Source of the DNA: a virus
Taxonomy: Duplodnaviria; Caudoviricetes
Virus record (IMG/VR): IMGVR_UViG_3300044647_001298
Coordinates: 1-33,136 of that record
Strand: one strand, 5' to 3'
DNA: 33,136 bases
The notes beneath the pieces are model-generated. The model made no database searches, was not told the origin of the DNA, and saw nothing but the letters and a program-made list of their open reading frames with translations. Positions within the stretch are counted from its first letter, which is position 1. Every line of letters begins with the position of its first letter. The translations under genes and the position numbers were made by a program. Positions 16,572 to 29,700 of the stretch are shown piece after piece.

Positions 16572-17787
16572 TCCGATGGAGACGGCAGAACCTGTGTCGC
16601 CCGAGATGGTCGCCGGCGGCTCTTACATGCCGCAGGAAGACGAGTTCGAAGCGCCGCCGCCACCCGAGCCGGGAATCGCAGACGAGCGCGCGCTTCGCGG
16701 ACGCGCGAGCGAGGTCAACGACTTCAGCCTGACCATAAGCGGAATCTCTGACGGCGATCCTCTCGGCATGGAGACATTTGACCTCGGGTTCTTCGAAGAC
16801 GGAACGCCGTCGATCACCATCAACGGCGCGAATGTTCCGATCCGGCACGAGCAATGGATGGCTCTGCTCACGCAGCGCAACAGGACGCGCGGCGAGATCA
16901 AGGCGCGCATGGAGTTTGAGTTCCAGCGCCGCAAGGCCAAGGACGGCATCAACCGCATCCTCGCCTCCGCTCCGAGCGTGCCTCCGCAACTGGGGGAACT
17001 GCTCCTCACGATCGCGGACATCAACCCCGAGGTCGCGCTAAATGAGACGCAGCAGTTGCTCGTGAGCATGTCCAAGGACAACGGACGGACGCAAATCGGC
17101 AAACTCTCGACGATGATTCAAGACACGGCCGTTGTTACCGAACGGCAGCGACTCGATAGCCCAATCGATGATCCGGTCACGGAGACGATCAACGGGAAGC
17201 AGTTCCCGATGTACGACAACAACGGCAAGCCCGTGGTTCGAACGACATCGCCGATCCGGAAGCGCATCGAGCAACTGTCGGCAGACCCGAAGGACAAGAA
17301 GAAGCAGAAGACCGCCTACGCGCTGAGCAACCTCAATGCTCTGTTCCCTCCGACCGGGATGAAGTCCGATCCGTCCGTGGGAGGCAAGCCTGTCGGCGCG
17401 TTCGACCTGATGCTTATGGCCGATGGCGGAGACACGGGAGAACTCTCCCGTTTCGACCTGCTCAGGCATCTCGCCTCGTACAGCGGAGACCTGTGGCCGT
17501 CATCGGTGGAGTGGATGGACACTCCGGTGTCATCCAACTTCGTTCCCGGCCGTCCCGCCGATACGAACGAGGTTGCGCGGTTCCGCGAGTACATAATGCG
17601 GCTGGACGAATGGGCATCGAAGGCGCTCAAGTGGGATCGCTCCGATTCTCGCGTCATTGACCTGTTCATCAATCAGGCCGTGATGAACAACCGCGTGATG
17701 TACAACCCGAACGCCCCGCAGTCCGGCAAGGCTGATCAGGGCAAGGCGACCGACGAAGAACTTGACATCACCGTGGATGTTGGCTAA
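16561..17787 (+). CDS. Putative internal virion protein
   Basis: 408 aa; GGAGG SD; stop overlaps the start of the 4008-aa gene. Confidence 0.6.
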   Translation: MPIDPMETAEPVSPEMVAGGSYMPQEDEFEAPPPPEPGIADERALRGRASEVNDFSLTISGISDGDPLGMETFDLGFFEDGTPSITINGANVPIRHEQWMALLTQRNRTRGEIKARMEFEFQRRKAKDGINRILASAPSVPPQLGELLLTIADINPEVALNETQQLLVSMSKDNGRTQIGKLSTMIQDTAVVTERQRLDSPIDDPVTETINGKQFPMYDNNGKPVVRTTSPIRKRIEQLSADPKDKKKQKTAYALSNLNALFPPTGMKSDPSVGGKPVGAFDLMLMADGGDTGELSRFDLLRHLASYSGDLWPSSVEWMDTPVSSNFVPGRPADTNEVARFREYIMRLDEWASKALKWDRSDSRVIDLFINQAVMNNRVMYNPNAPQSGKADQGKATDEELDITVDVG

Positions 17788-20700
17788 TGACCCAGTTGAA
17801 CCCACAGACTCAAATTGAGGCCATCCGCACCCGTGCCGCCGCGAAGGCGCGAGAGCGCATTGTGTCGCAGGGCATCAACTTGCAGAGCGACGATGCTGCC
17901 GCCGCGATGCAGGCGGCGCTCGACGGGGCAGAAGACAAGGCATGGAGTGCCGCACGGTACAAGGCGCTTGAGGGTCTGATGAAGCGCGGCATCCCGGGCG
18001 TGTCGATCGCAGGCGACGAAGCGGAACCCGACGAGCGCGGCAAGCCGTACACCATCGACGATGAACTCGATTCGTATTCCCAACTCGTGGCGGATCAGTT
18101 CGTCAAGGGAATGACACCCGTCACCTACGACGAGTGGAGCGCGAAAAAGCGGACGCTTCCCAAGGCGATGGCCGAGGGAACGGCCGGAGGGTTTCTGACC
18201 GCACTTGAAGGTGCTGTCGGAACTGCGTGGGCCGGCGCGGTCAATACGTGGGAAGAATACGGGTGGGACGGCATCAAGTGGCGTGACGAGGCTCCGACCG
18301 TGCAGGAGCGGATCGCGCAACTCAACAAGATCGAGTTGAACCGCCGCGAAGGTGCAGAGGCTACGCGCCTCATGCTGTCGCTCAAGTTCTCGGAGATGTT
18401 CGGAAGCGGAGATGTCGGAGACACGGTGGCAACTGGATTTGAACAGTATGCCGAGGAACTTGCTGGCCCTCCCGGACAACCTGTTCTGAAGAGCGAGCGT
18501 TACGGAGCGCCCGGAGGGGAATTCGGCGCAACATTCGTTGAGGAATCCGAAAACATCGGATCGGCACTCGGGTCGCTCCCGATGTCCGCGCCCTCCATGC
18601 TGGCTCCGAACAAGGCCGCGCGCGCCGTAGCAATGCTTCCGTTCGCGTTCTCGGGGTACGCAGACGCGAAGTCGGCGCGGTACGAACTTTGGAAGGAGCA
18701 GGTGCGGATGGCAGAGATGCTCGGAGTGTCTCCTCCTCCGCTGCCGTCCACCGGCGAGTTTGAAGCGTGGGGCGGAACTGGCATGGTCTTTGAGGTCGGT
18801 TCTGAGTTTGTCGGCGACACCGTGCAGGTAGGCGCTTTGAAGTTCTTCAGCGGCAAGCGTATTGGGCAAATGGGCGCTTCTCGGATCGGACAAGGACTTG
18901 TCGAGTTGCAGAAGAGCATGCTTCGCAGTCGTGGCGCTCTCGGCGCGTTGAAGAAGTACGGCGGTGGGGTAGCGGTAGGAGCAGTCACAGAAGGCTTGGA
19001 AGAAGTTGTCCCGCACGCCGGTATGGAAGTTCAAGATGTAATTACACAACAGATAAACCTGTGGAACGACAACCCCGAGTACTTCAACACCGATCGCGAC
19101 TTCTTCAGCGAGAACACTTGGCAGTCGTTCAAAGTCGGCGCATACGCCGGCGGCCTAATGTCGGGCGGATCGTCTGTCGCAAGCCCGTCCGCTTTCCGCG
19201 AGCGATCCGCGCAGCGCAAGGCGCGCAAGGAAGTCGCGAAGGGAACCGAGTTCGTAACCGAGACCTTGGTGCAGGCTCAGGAACAGGATGCCGCGCAGCG
19301 TGTCGGTCAGGCTGCAAATCCTCCGGAAGGTAAGAGAGCGATCGCAGAAGAGCGGTTCCGCAGGAATGTCCCTACAACGCGCAGCAGCGCGATGGCAGCG
19401 CACCATGTCGAGCAGATGGATGCCGGCAACCGGGCTGCCATGTTCGTCGATCCCGCCGACATGGACACAACCATCACGCCGGAGGTCAAGGAGCGGATGG
19501 TCGCGCTTGGCATCTCGACGAAGCCTGTCGGAACGGTGAACGGGAAGAATGTGTTCGTGGCGACCGGAACGGTCGATGCTGTGAAGGCGATGGTCAATAC
19601 GGGGAACTTCTCCGCGCTGACCGGAAGCCCGGTGTCGAACGATGGCAATCAGATGATGGGCGCGATCGTCCTCCGGGACAGCGCGGGTCGCATCGTCGAT
19701 GTCATGCCGTACTCAGACCCGGCGCAGATGTTCTCCGCTGCTCCATCGGTTGGAACGATGGCGCAGCAGAACGGTCTCACGATGGATGTCGTGAACCACG
19801 AGACGCAGCAGACCTACTCGGGGTTGATGGACGCGCTGTCCCGTCAGCAGGACGCGGATGCCGTGCAACTCGGCATCACTCGTCGAACCGACAAGCCGGC
19901 TCCCGCCAAGCAGACCAACCGTGGTGTCAAGGCTCTGCGTCTCGACATCGACAAGGCCGCAAAGGGAAGCAAGAACAAGAAGCGCGCCAAGGCATCAGAC
20001 CCGTTCACATCGCCATACCTGACTGCCGACGAGATCGGCGATGCGACGAATGGCGATGTGACGGTGACCACGGTTCTGACCAAGGTCAATGAAGACCAGT
20101 TGTCGGAAGGCGAGCGCAATCTATCGCGAACCACCACCGCCAACGCGACGATCCTTGACGGCAAGGTCATGTTCGTGATCAAGCAGAAGGACGGTTCGGT
20201 CAAGAAGGTCGAGAAGCCGATCCGTCTCGACGGCGCGTACCTTGCGCAGGCATCGCCTGACGGCGTGTTCCTCGTCAGGGACAACGGAACGGCGATGAAC
20301 TCGCGCTCCGCATTCGTCGTGGCGCTGCACGAGATGCGGCATCGGATTCTCTCGCGTTCGCGCTCCGGCGCTCAGTACTTCGCCAAGTTGCTGCAACTCG
20401 ACCCGGTCTACGCGATGCGCGGCGGCGCGCAGTACATGCGCGCCATGTACGGTGGAAAACTGTCCACGATGTCGGACGCTCAGGTCATCGCGTACTTTCG
20501 TGGCCTGCACGAGGCGGCGTATGCCGTGCATCAGGGAACGGCCACGGCCGAGCAGCAGCAGATGGTCTCCGAGAGCCGTGTCAATGCCAAGGGCGCTCCG
20601 GTAGGAACCCCGGGTTCTGCGCTTGCCGATGTCCGGCAGTTCTCCGAGGAGAGCGTGACCACGACCGCGAACCGGGCGATGGGTCAGACGATGACGATGG

Positions 20701-23700
20701 CCGCCGAGTGGGATGGCATCTACCGGGACGCGCAGGAGCGGTCGTTCCGGTCTTTCTCGCGGTGGATGGCGAACGCGCTCGTCAAGAACGGCTTCGTCGG
20801 CGCGGAGGCGCAGCAGGCGCTCTTCGAACTCCGGCAGCGGCTGGACGGCGTGCGCGAGGAAGAGGTCAAGGTTCATCGCAAGTTCAGCGACACGGTGTCG
20901 AACGCCGTCCGTCAGGACTTGGAGAAGGCCGAGCGCCGCCGTCAGGCGCGCGCCGCGCTCGCAGGGTCGCCCCAAGCCGGCGCTGCGCCGGCCTCAACGC
21001 CGGCCGCAGCAGCCCCGCCGGCGGCTTCCGTTCCTGCCCCCGCCCCAGCGCCCCCGCCTGCCTCGCCCGGGGGGGGAGGCGCTCCTGCGCCCACCGTGGC
21101 CCCCTCTATGCGCATGCCGGAACCTACCGGCGGCACGACGATCGGCGGCGACGATGAGAAGTTGCAGGCGGCGATGGCCGCCGTGCAGGCGGCTCAGGCC
21201 GCGCCGCCCGAGCAGCGCGCCGCGATGCTGGCCGATGCGGTCGGGATGCTGACGCAGATTGTTCCGGCGCTGACGCAGACCACCGCACAGTTGGCCCCGG
21301 GCAGCCGGGGAAGCCGGCCCCAGTTGCAGCCTCCCAGCACGCGGCAAATCCCGGCCGCGATGCGGGATGTCGTGCCTGCCCCGGCCGCCGAGCCTGCGGG
21401 AGCCGTCGAGGCCGCCCCGCCCGACTTGGAAGCCGCCGCGATCCGCCAGCGCAGCGTGCAGGGCGCGATGGCGATCATGCGCGGCGAGCGCCCGACAGCG
21501 CCCGTCCAGCCGGGTACGGTCGCGCGCATCGAGCGCGCGCGCACCCTGATGCAGGACGCGGACGAGGAAGTGCGCGGGTCGCTCCGGGAGCGTCCCGGCC
21601 GGCGCGAGGCCAACGACGATGTCCGATCCGCGCGGAACGAGTTCATGTCCGCCGCAGGCATCGAGCCTGAGCAGCGGATCGAGGACACCTACGCCGAAGT
21701 CGATCCCGACTTCGCGTACCGCCTTGCCGATTGGTTCGAATCGGCGAAGGTCAACTACGACGATCCCGAGATGCTGTCGGCGTACCGCCAGTTCGGCAAG
21801 GAGACGCTCGACCAGTACGAGTTCTTGCGCGAGCGCGGATTCGAAATGGTTCCGTGGGCAGGCAAGGGTCAGCCCTACGCCGACAGCGCGGACATGATCG
21901 AAGACCTGCGCGAGAACAAGCGGCTGTTCTACTACAAGACGAACAACGCCGCCGAGGTCAACTCGTTCGGTTCGAATCCCGAGGCGTACCAAGAGGCTCT
22001 CCGGCGGAACCCCCTGCTGGAGGACACCGGCATCGAGGTTCTCGACAGCGAGGGCAACCCGTACCGTCAGACCTACAACGATCTGTTCCGCGCCGTTCAC
22101 GACATCATGGGTCATGGCGCGGAGGGGTTCCAGTTCGGGCCGCGCGGAGAGGAGAATGCGTACCGCAGCCACGCCGTGATGTACTCGCCGATGGCTCGGC
22201 AGGCGATGGCGACCGAGACGCGCACTCAGAACTCGTGGGTGAACTTCGGGCCGAACCGGCGTAACTCGGACGGAACGGTGTGGGGTCAGGACGATCCGCG
22301 CTACGCGCCGTGGATGGAGCGTCTCAAGAACGGCGAGGGATACGCGGATCAAAAGCCCGTTCTCACGCCGCCCGAGTTCCTTGGGCTGTACGAGGCTCCG
22401 CAGCAGGCGCGCGCATCGCTGCGTCCGATCTCTCTCGCAGAGATGTCGCCGACGATGCGCGTGTGGAGCCGTGGCGCTGTTGCGGTTGATGACACGGGCA
22501 GTTTGCTCGCTCTCACTCACGGAACCAAGAAGCCGTTCGAAAGTTTCACCCCGTCAACTAGAGGCGCTTACGGCCCGGGCATCTACCTCGCCACCGAGAC
22601 CGACGAGGCAAATCGGTTCGCTGGAGAATCCGAAGGTTCGCAAGTCGTTCCCGTAGTGACGAACATAAAGAACCCGCTGGTTGTCGATGCAGGACGGGGA
22701 GAGCAGTTCGTTGCAAAGGCGCTCGACACGCTGGGCAGGAATTTCAACGACTTCGCTCTCGACAAAGACAATTCAATCGACACAGCATTGAATCAGGCGC
22801 TTCGTGCCGCTGGATATGACGGCGTTCATGTGAAGGCTCCGCGCGGTTACGACATCATGGATCGTTCGCGAGGAGACTACTGGGTTGCATGGGAACCGAA
22901 TCAGGTCAAGGGCTACTTCAACGAGAACCCGACCGCAGACCAGCGCATCATGTACTCGGCCGCAGAGCAGCCGGCCAAGAAGGCGCGCGCGCCGAAGGTC
23001 GTGACACCCGAGCAGGAGGAAGCAAATCGCGCCAAGAAGGCCAAGGCTGCTCAAGATCGCGCAGCGGCGCGAGTCGCGATGAAGAACGCGGAAGAAGCAC
23101 GGCGCACGATCTCAGGCGCTACGAAGATCAGCATCAGCGCCGAACCTACCGCGCAGCCGTTCGTGTCGGAGAACATCATCGTGTCCCGCATCCGCAAGGA
23201 GCCGGGATTCTCGCAGGAGATGGCGTACCGCCGGTCAAACGAACGAATCCGCGCCCTCATCGCGACCGACAGTTTTGCGGTTCAGTTGAACGAACTCATC
23301 TCCCGCATCGCTCCGAATATCACGAACAAGGTCGGGTTGCGCAACGCGATCAGCGAGGTTCTCGGCAACTACGCCGGCCGAACCGAAGAGGCGATGCGCA
23401 TCGAGATTCCCGGACTGACCCACGAGCAGAGCGTCGATGTCGGCCACCTTCTTGGATCGCTGCTGCTACAGGAAGCGGTCATCACCACGAGTCCGGCCAC
23501 GCCGAAGACCGATGTCGCCGAGCAGGGCTTGGCGGTCATGCTGTTTTCGCAGGACACGAAGCCGATGGAAGATTCGGCTCTTCGCTCGCTTCTCGGCGAT
23601 GCGGGTTCTATGCTCAACGGAGCGACTACGCACGAGAGCAATCGAGGCGTGTGGTCGGTGTGGAGCGACTACGAGGGAAACCCCGTAAGCCGCGAGGAAT

Positions 23701-26700
23701 TTGTCAAGCGTGCGACAGATGTGGCGAAGCGGCACGGCATGCTCGTGGACACCACGACCATCCGCAGCACCTACACGAAGATTGGAGATCGCGATGTCTT
23801 GGGAGCAGTTCAGACGAATCTGCGCGGAACAACAGGTTCCGGTGTCGGACAACCCGTGGTGGGCGAGTTCAATTCATGGGTGCAGCCTGCGGCCAGCATC
23901 GCAGAAGTCCTCCGCGACGAAGGGTTCGACATCGATGTCCGTGGGTGGACAAAGCAGGTCGGCGGAGCCAACGGCAAAGCCCTCGGAGATGCCCTCCTCG
24001 CCGAACTTGCCAAGCGAGAACGGCAGCGCAGGCACGGACTTGATCCCCGGCTCCTGACCACATTTGACGGAAGCATGCAGGGCATCGTCGCGGAGCCGAA
24101 GGTTCCCGCGTCCACCACATCCGCCAACGCGGAATCGTCGTTCCGCGAAGTCGATGCGCTGCTTGCGCGACACCCAGCGCCGTTCGAATCCGAGGATGCG
24201 TACAAAAGGTTCCTTGCCGATCTGTTCGGAGAGCGGACGATTCCGATCGTTCCGGTGCATCTGCTGAACAGGGTCAAGGACAACTTCGCCGGCATGCGCA
24301 AGGACATGTCGCTGCGCGAGGACGGCGGCCGTCTCACGCACAGCATGATCAACGACGCGATCCACGGGATGGAGATGGCGCAGCGCCTCCGCGCGCTGTA
24401 CGCATCGGGAGCCGTGCAGCCGAAGCACACGGTCGCGCTCGCGATGTGGGGATTCCTTTCGAAAGGAGTTTCGCCGTACATCCAAGAGAGCCTGTTCCTC
24501 GACATCGTGAACTTCAAGTCGAAGAAAGGTGTCACATACGGCGATTTCGTCGATATCGCAGTCAACGGCAACTGGAACAAGAAGACCGACACCGCCCGAT
24601 GGGTTTCGTTCATCAACGAGATGTTCAATTCGCTCGCATACGCGAAGACCGACGAGAACAACCGTCCGACTACCGATGACAAGGGCAATTCGATCGTCGT
24701 AATTGGCACGCCCGGGTCTTCCGCGAAGCACAACGCGAACGCATTCGGCAGGAACTTCCTCGCGAACATCGGCAAGCGCGTCACCATCGGCGACAAGACC
24801 ACGACCGGACTGATGCACTTCCACGGCGCTCTCGCCAATCCGAACACAACGGGCAAGCAGGTGCGCCGCACCTTCGCAAGCATCGGCGAGTCGCTCGGCA
24901 TCGACAACAAGGTCGTTTCGTTCGGATGCCTTGTCGCCGGAAAGACCGATGTCAGCGTGTACGACCGCGTCCGGGTTGGCGACCACTACAACCGTGACGG
25001 GAAGTACCCGAACGCATATGACGGCTTCACCATCGGATACCGCGTCTTCGCATACGGCGAACCGAAGGCCGACTTTGAGATTCCGCTGAACCTCAAGCCT
25101 GCGTCCGCAACGCCGCAGGGCTACAAGACCGCCTACGAGGATGCGCTAAAGAAGGCCGAGAAGACCGCAAAGCGCAACTTCAAGTCGATCAAGGAGGAGA
25201 AGGTCGCGGAACTTGCGCCGCTGGTGCAGCGGTTCGAAGCGTTGCCGACCACCGACGATGCGCGGAGGGACTTCATCGCGCGGCTCCTCAAGACCGGATA
25301 CCTCGATCCAAAGGACGAGTCGTACATTGATGTCGTTCCGGTAAAGGCTGGCGGACTTGCAAACCTGTTCAACGGCGCGCGCGGTCTTGCGCTGTACGAG
25401 GCGGTCGAACGGGCGATCGATCCGAACGCCGTGTTCAGCGAAATCGTGAAGAAGCGCCCCGACCTCAAGAAGCACGCGAATCACGGCGCTGAGCATTGGC
25501 TCAACTGGACGGGCGCGAGCGCGCAGGACGCGAGCCACGGCACGCTCGACGGCATGATCGACATGGTCTCCAAACGGTCGGAGACGATCGTCGGCGTAAA
25601 CGCGAAGGAGGGTCGGTACGACACCTACGCCTACGGCGCGCAGTACGGATATGTCGTTGAGGGCGACGAGACCGTCCCGCAGTACCTATACACCGCGAAC
25701 GGTGTCAAGTACAAGTTCACGCCAAAGCAGTTCACGGACTTCATCACGAAGGTGACGAAGTTCGATTGGGCTTCGGTCAACTGGAACAAGGCCGCAGGCA
25801 AGAAGCCGAAGTTCCTCGTCACGAAAGATTCCATTACGGGAGATGACCGAACCGCTCCGTGGTTCGACGATGCGATGTTCGGAGGCAAGGCGCAGGCGCA
25901 GATCGCCACGATCGCCGAAAGCACCGGCGTTCGCGCCAGCATGCGCGACATGAGCGACATCGATGCCGTGATGTCGTTCACGGATGCGCTGCACAAGTCG
26001 TTCACCGACGATCCGGCCATCAACGCCGTGACCGGTGTCGATCCGAACAATCCGCTGTCGATGGAGTTCGCTCGGCAAAACATCGCCGCTACCGACCACG
26101 AGCAGGCGTTCGGGCTGTACCAGCGCATGGTCGCACGGGCGTTCCCACGGCCGAGCGTTCCTCGATACACCCGGTACTTCGCGACCAACAACACGCTGAA
26201 CGGCCTCACGACCAACGACCTGTGGTTTCACGCTGGAGGGAGGCAATGGACGGTTCCGAACTACGACATCTCGCCGAACCAGTTCGGCCTGCACATCGGA
26301 ACATTCGACCAAGCGTCAACTTTCTTTGAGCGCGCGCTGGAGGAACAGCGTCGGCTTGTTAGAAACATCGGGTTGGCACAGGATGCGGGAGCGCGCGCAC
26401 GAAACGAAGCGGTGTATAAGGCGCACCAGCCGGTGATGTTCCCGCTCTACGCTCGCGCGTCGAAGCACATTGAAATTCCCGATCAGGTATCGTGGGAGCC
26501 GGAACTGATCATCAACGCGATGATGAGGATGGAACTGATCGATCCGGGTCAGCGCGATGACATGATGATGGAGATGTACCGCGAGATCATTGCGGAACAC
26601 GGAATCCCGCAGGGTACTGCGTTCTCAAGCCTAAACATCGACAACATGGTCGATGCGGCGAAGAACTGGTCGTGGAAAAACGACAAGGGAGTCCTTGACA

Positions 26701-29700
26701 TCGTCAAAATTGATGACCACATCCGCATGTCAGCAAACCGGTGGCTCAAGGAGTACTTCCGCGATCAAGGCATTGAGTCGGTCGTGTATCAGAACTGGAT
26801 CGAGGGTAAGGATTTGTCCCAGTTCAGCCGGGAGGAGAAGTGGGGTCGCATCGAGACCGATGCGCAGCGCGAGCATCGAATCGCATGGGACAAACGCACG
26901 TCATTGGCGATGAAGTGGTTGCTGTCAAATTCCAAGGCAAGCGAGAAAGAGAAGTACGCCAAGGAAAAAGAGATTCTTGGCTCTGCCCCGAGCGCGATCG
27001 TGTGGAACACGGGTCAGGTCAAGAGCGCGAGCGTTGACGATGTCGGCTTCCGCATCATCGATCCCGACATCCGCGCGTCGATCAGGCTTGAGTCCCCGGC
27101 GATCGTCAAGTTGAACCCGATGGTGTTCGAAGACGGTTCCGAGACCCGCATGTCGATGCGCGAGGGTCTCCCCGGCATTTCCGACCGCGCCACGCTTGAG
27201 TTCATCGACAAGTTCGACCCGCTTCGCAGGTACGGCGAGATCGCCGAGCGCGCGCTGGGCGGAAACCTTCCCGACATCGCGAACCCGTACCTTGGCGCGC
27301 GCACGCTTGTCGGCCGTCTTGGATCGATGCAGCAGAACGCGAACCGCGTGTACGCCGACATGCTCCGGGACATGGCCGAAAACAACATCTCGCTGGCGGA
27401 CATGGACGAGTTCCTCACCGCGCAGCACGCGATCAACGGCGGCAACGCCTACATCGCTGGTATCAATCCCCGGTTCCCTGACGGCGGCACGGGCATGTTC
27501 ACCGCCGATGCGCAGCAGGTGATCGCTCGCGCTCAGGCGGCCGGCCGGTACGGAGACATGAACCGCATCGCGGAGGAGTGGCGCGAACTGCTGCGCGCCG
27601 GACTCGCTCAGCGCCGTGACGCTGGCCTTGTCACGCAGGAGACCTACAACATCCTCACAAACCGGTACACCCACTATGTGCCGCTGCGAGGAGCGCCAGC
27701 GCGTCCGTTCGACGAACTCTTTGAGGACTACGACTCGGGCGAGGTGTTCGGTCGCGGCATGTCCACTCAGGGTCGCGGCATGCCCCAGCGGCTCGGCCGT
27801 CAAAGCCAAGCCGAAGGCGTGACCTCGCAGGTCGGTTTTATCCACGAGGACACGATGCGCCGCGTTGCGCGCAACGAGATCGGTCAGCGGTTCCTGCGGC
27901 TCGTACTTGCGGTCAACGACCCCGGGATGGCGACCGTAATCACTCCAAACCCGACCACAAACGCGCTCGTCAATGTCCCGGCAGCGCCCGGCCGGCCGGC
28001 TCGTCGCGAGGTGCGCGCGATTTACGATGCCAACTGGATGAACGATCCTCGGAACTTCGGCGTGTACGTGAACGCCCCCGTCGAGATCAACGGCCACCAG
28101 TTCGAACCCGGCGACCTCGTAGTTATCCGCCTCAACAACCCGCTGCTTGCCACGGCCATGAACGCTCCGAATGTGCAGTTGAACGCGCTGGAGCGGGGTC
28201 TGCGGCACGCCAACAACGCTTGGCGGTTCGTCACAACGGGCATGGGCAACCCGACCTTCGCCCCGGTCAACCTCGTGCGGGACATCGGCGCGGGAACAAT
28301 CAACAACGCGGCCGCGCACGGGTTGCGGGACACCGGGCAGATGCTCCGGCGCTACCCGCGCTCGTTCATGCGCGTGTTCATGGACGCTTGGCGAGACCCG
28401 ACGAACCCGACCGGGTCGTACCGCGACTTTGTCGAGGCCGGCGGCGACCAGTTGTACTGGCGGCCAAACGACCTCGACACAAAGAACACCGACTTCGATG
28501 CGCTCGCTGAGCGCGTACAGCGCCGAGACCCGAACGACCGCTCGCTCGCTCGCGCGCTTCTCGGTTGGTATCCGGCGTTCTTTACGGCCGCAGAGACGGC
28601 GACCCGTGTCGCGCAGTACGAGCAGCGGAGGTACGCAGGAGCGTCACGAGAGCAGGCTGCGCTTGCGGCTCGCGACATCACCGTGGACTTCGCAAAGGGC
28701 GGCCGCCGCAAGGCTGGACTCAACACCTACTACATGTTCCTCAACGCAAGCCTTCAAGGCAGCGTCAATGTGGCGAGGGCAATTAGGCGCGCGGCGGCGT
28801 TTGCGCCGGCGCTCGTGACGTTCGGCGCGGTGACGGCCATGCTTGGACGCGCGATGTCGGGAGAGGACGATGAGACCGAGGAATCGCTGTGGGACGCTCT
28901 GCCCGATTGGGAGAAGGCGGCCAACATTGTCCTGTTCGATCCGTTCGGAAGCGGAAAGCACATCAAGATTCCGCTTCCATACGGGTACTCGACCTTCTTC
29001 AGCGCAGGAGTCCGCATGGTCGATGCGGCCTTCGGCAAGAAGACCGCAGGCGATGCGGTGGCAGGCATCGTGACGGACGCGCTCAACTCCTTCAATCCGT
29101 TCGGTGGATCGGGCATCAAGTCCGGTGTCGGCAATGTCCTCGCGGCGTTCACGCCGACGATGGCGCGTCCGATCGCGGAACTCGGACTCAATCAGAACTT
29201 CATGGGCAGGCCGATCTACCCGAGCGCGATCGGCCGGCAGGAGAAGGCCGATGCCTATTCGTACTTCTCAGGCACGCCCGAGTTCTACACCGACACCGCG
29301 AGAATCCTCAACGACTCGACGGGTGGAGACATGTTCGAACCCGGCATAATCCACATGTCGCCGAACACGATGCAGTACCTCGTCGGCTACTACCTCTCGG
29401 GTGCTGGACGCACGGTCGATCGGCTCGCCAAGATGGCGTACAGCGCCGAACCGATCGACATGTCGGACATCCCGATGGTGCGTTCGTTCGTCGGTGACGC
29501 TCGCAGCGACACCCGTGCGCTCTCGGAGCGGTTCAACGCGATCGCATCGCGCACGCTGCCCGATGTGAACCGGATGGAGGCGCTGCGCGATCCCCGGGTC
29601 GATGCAGACATCCGCTCCGGAATCGCTGAGCGCGGAGTGTCGGAGGAGAACATCGCGATTGGACGCGCCGTGCAGCAGGCCGACAAGGAAATTCGCGGAA

